64,000 nt of DNA from an uncultured Gammaproteobacteria bacterium (lineage in GTDB: Bacteria; Patescibacteriota; Microgenomatia; Levybacterales; UBA12049), in NCBI GenBank assembly GCA_964416445.1, contig CAYQEE010000002.1:42691-106690 (forward strand), read 5' to 3'. The translations under genes were made by a program, and so were the position numbers. Shown in pieces: positions 62,603 through 64,000 of the stretch. Numbering within the stretch: position 1 is the first letter of the stretch; each line of letters opens with the position of its first letter. The notes below the pieces were generated by a model. That model was not told the origin of the DNA, did not search any database, and worked only from the letters and a program-made list of their open reading frames with translations.

Positions 62603-64000
62603 TTGCTCATCGAACACCAATACTTTATCATTGATTTCGATAGTACTTTAGTGAGCGTAGAAGCTCTCGATGAGCTTGCTAAGGTTGCCCTTATAAATCA
62701 TCCTCATAAAGAGACTATCACTAAACAAATTGAAAAAATTACTCAGCAAGGTATGAATGGAGATATACCGTTCTCCGAAGCTTTAGGAAAAAGACTAAAA
62801 TTATTCTCATTACATAAAGATCATATTGCCCAAGTTATATCCAAATTACAAACGCTTATTAGCCCATCAATTGAACAAAATAGACAATTTTTCAAACAGT
62901 ATGCACAATACATCTACATCATTTCAGGAGGATTTAAAGAATATATATCACCCATCGCTTCATCCCTCGGTATTTTAGAAAACCATATCCTTGCTAATGA
63001 ATTTATTTTCGATACGAAAGGTAATGTTCTTGGTTACAATAAAAAAAATCCTCTTTCTCAAGATAAAGGCAAAATAAAAGTGATACAACAATTACATCTT
63101 AAAGGCAATGTCACTGTTATCGGAGATGGTTACACAGATTATCAAATTAAAGAAGCAGGTCTTGCCAATGAATTTATAGCATATACTGAAAATATTATTC
63201 GCCCGAATGTTACCAAAAAAGCTGATAAAACTATTAAAAACTTCGATGAGTTCTTACATTATTATAATTTTCCACGATCATTATCCTATCCAAAAAGCAA
63301 AATAAAGGTACTCTTGCTTGAGAATATTCATCAAGTTGCGATTGAACAATTAAAACAAGAAGGTTATCAGGTAGAAAGCTTAAGTACTTCCTTATCAGAG
63401 GAAGAATTAGTAAACAAAATAGAAGACATATCTCTTTTGGGAATTCGTTCAAAAACAGAAATTTCAAAAAAAGTACTTGATCAGGCAAAAAAACTTCTTT
63501 CAATTGGCGCATTTTGTATTGGAACAAACCAAATAGATCTTACCTATGCTACTCAAAAAGGAGTCTGTGTTTTTAATGCTCCATATAGCAATACCCGATC
63601 AGTTGTGGAGCTGGTCATGGGAGAAATTATTATGCTTTATCGTAGAGTCTTTGATAAAAGCAATAAACTTCATAAAGGGATATGGGATAAATCAGCAAAG
63701 AATAGTTTTGAAGTCCGAGGGAAAAAACTAGGTATTATTGGGTATGGAAATATTGGTACGCAGTTGTCAGTACTTGCAGAAAACTTTGGAATGAAAGTTT
63801 ATTTTTATGACATTAATGATAAACTCGCTCTCGGTAATGCTATTAAATGTACCTCACTCGAAGAGCTTCTGAAGATTGCAGATGTTATAACAGTCCATGT
63901 TGACGGTAAAAAATCAAATACCAATATGATTGGTGATCGAGAGTTTTCTTTGATGAAAAAGGGGGTTATTTTTCTCAATTTAAGTCGAGGCTTTGTTGTT
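62603..64000 (+). CDS. serA: Phosphoserine phosphatase-like HAD domain fused to D-3-phosphoglycerate dehydrogenase (partial, runs off the window; absent from the ORF track)
   Basis: One open frame: FIIDFDSTL, ISGGF, IGDGYTD (SerB-like), then KVLLLENIH, LGIRSKT, GAFCIGTNQ, FNAPYSNTRSV, LGIIGYGNIG (SerA); start codon uncertain. Confidence 0.9.
   Translation, partial: MLIEHQYFIIDFDSTLVSVEALDELAKVALINHPHKETITKQIEKITQQGMNGDIPFSEALGKRLKLFSLHKDHIAQVISKLQTLISPSIEQNRQFFKQYAQYIYIISGGFKEYISPIASSLGILENHILANEFIFDTKGNVLGYNKKNPLSQDKGKIKVIQQLHLKGNVTVIGDGYTDYQIKEAGLANEFIAYTENIIRPNVTKKADKTIKNFDEFLHYYNFPRSLSYPKSKIKVLLLENIHQVAIEQLKQEGYQVESLSTSLSEEELVNKIEDISLLGIRSKTEISKKVLDQAKKLLSIGAFCIGTNQIDLTYATQKGVCVFNAPYSNTRSVVELVMGEIIMLYRRVFDKSNKLHKGIWDKSAKNSFEVRGKKLGIIGYGNIGTQLSVLAENFGMKVYFYDINDKLALGNAIKCTSLEELLKIADVITVHVDGKKSNTNMIGDREFSLMKKGVIFLNLSRGFVV

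Noticed and set aside
63234-63731. ORF-track entries 63234-63527 (-) and 63546-63731 (+)
   Set aside because: Both lie within the SerB-SerA frame, which the track missed because it has no stop inside the window

Overview
AT-rich bacterial chromosomal window whose gene content and style (DUF5663- and DUF5654-like proteins, CxxC-x17-CxxC protein, archaeal-type UMP kinase, ATP-dependent DNA ligase, many near-leaderless genes, unlinked intron-bearing 23S) point to a CPR/Patescibacteria genome, probably Microgenomates-like (inference, not tested). Left to right: (1) a surface-structure locus centred on a 2231-aa protein that joins two integrase core-binding-like domains, with no catalytic domain, through a membrane helix to a ~1800-aa fibre-like ectodomain; (2) two tRNA-Ala, LysM/M23 peptidase, rho and a GT2 gene; (3) a 2.4-kb nearly ORF-free region with a 51-aa ORF and hairpins sharing a CCTGCC/GGCAGG motif with the GT2 leader; (4) PIN-TRAM, radA, S1; (5) a stand-alone tRNA-Ala-23S-5S unit with an ORF-less group I intron at L2500; (6) a 17-kb island of large orphan proteins (M48 protease-ABC1 kinase fusion, two paralogues sharing a novel N-terminal domain, HAD hydrolase, 1602-aa membrane/Pro-rich protein); (7) trxAB and an apparently circularly permuted DsbA; (8) a repair/housekeeping block (pth, EndoQ-like, ligase, Fic, nnrD, recF, pyrH, mutM); (9) a SerB-SerA fusion running off the right edge. 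No CRISPR array or intact mobile element was seen. All calls come from motif reading by eye; no database searches were run.
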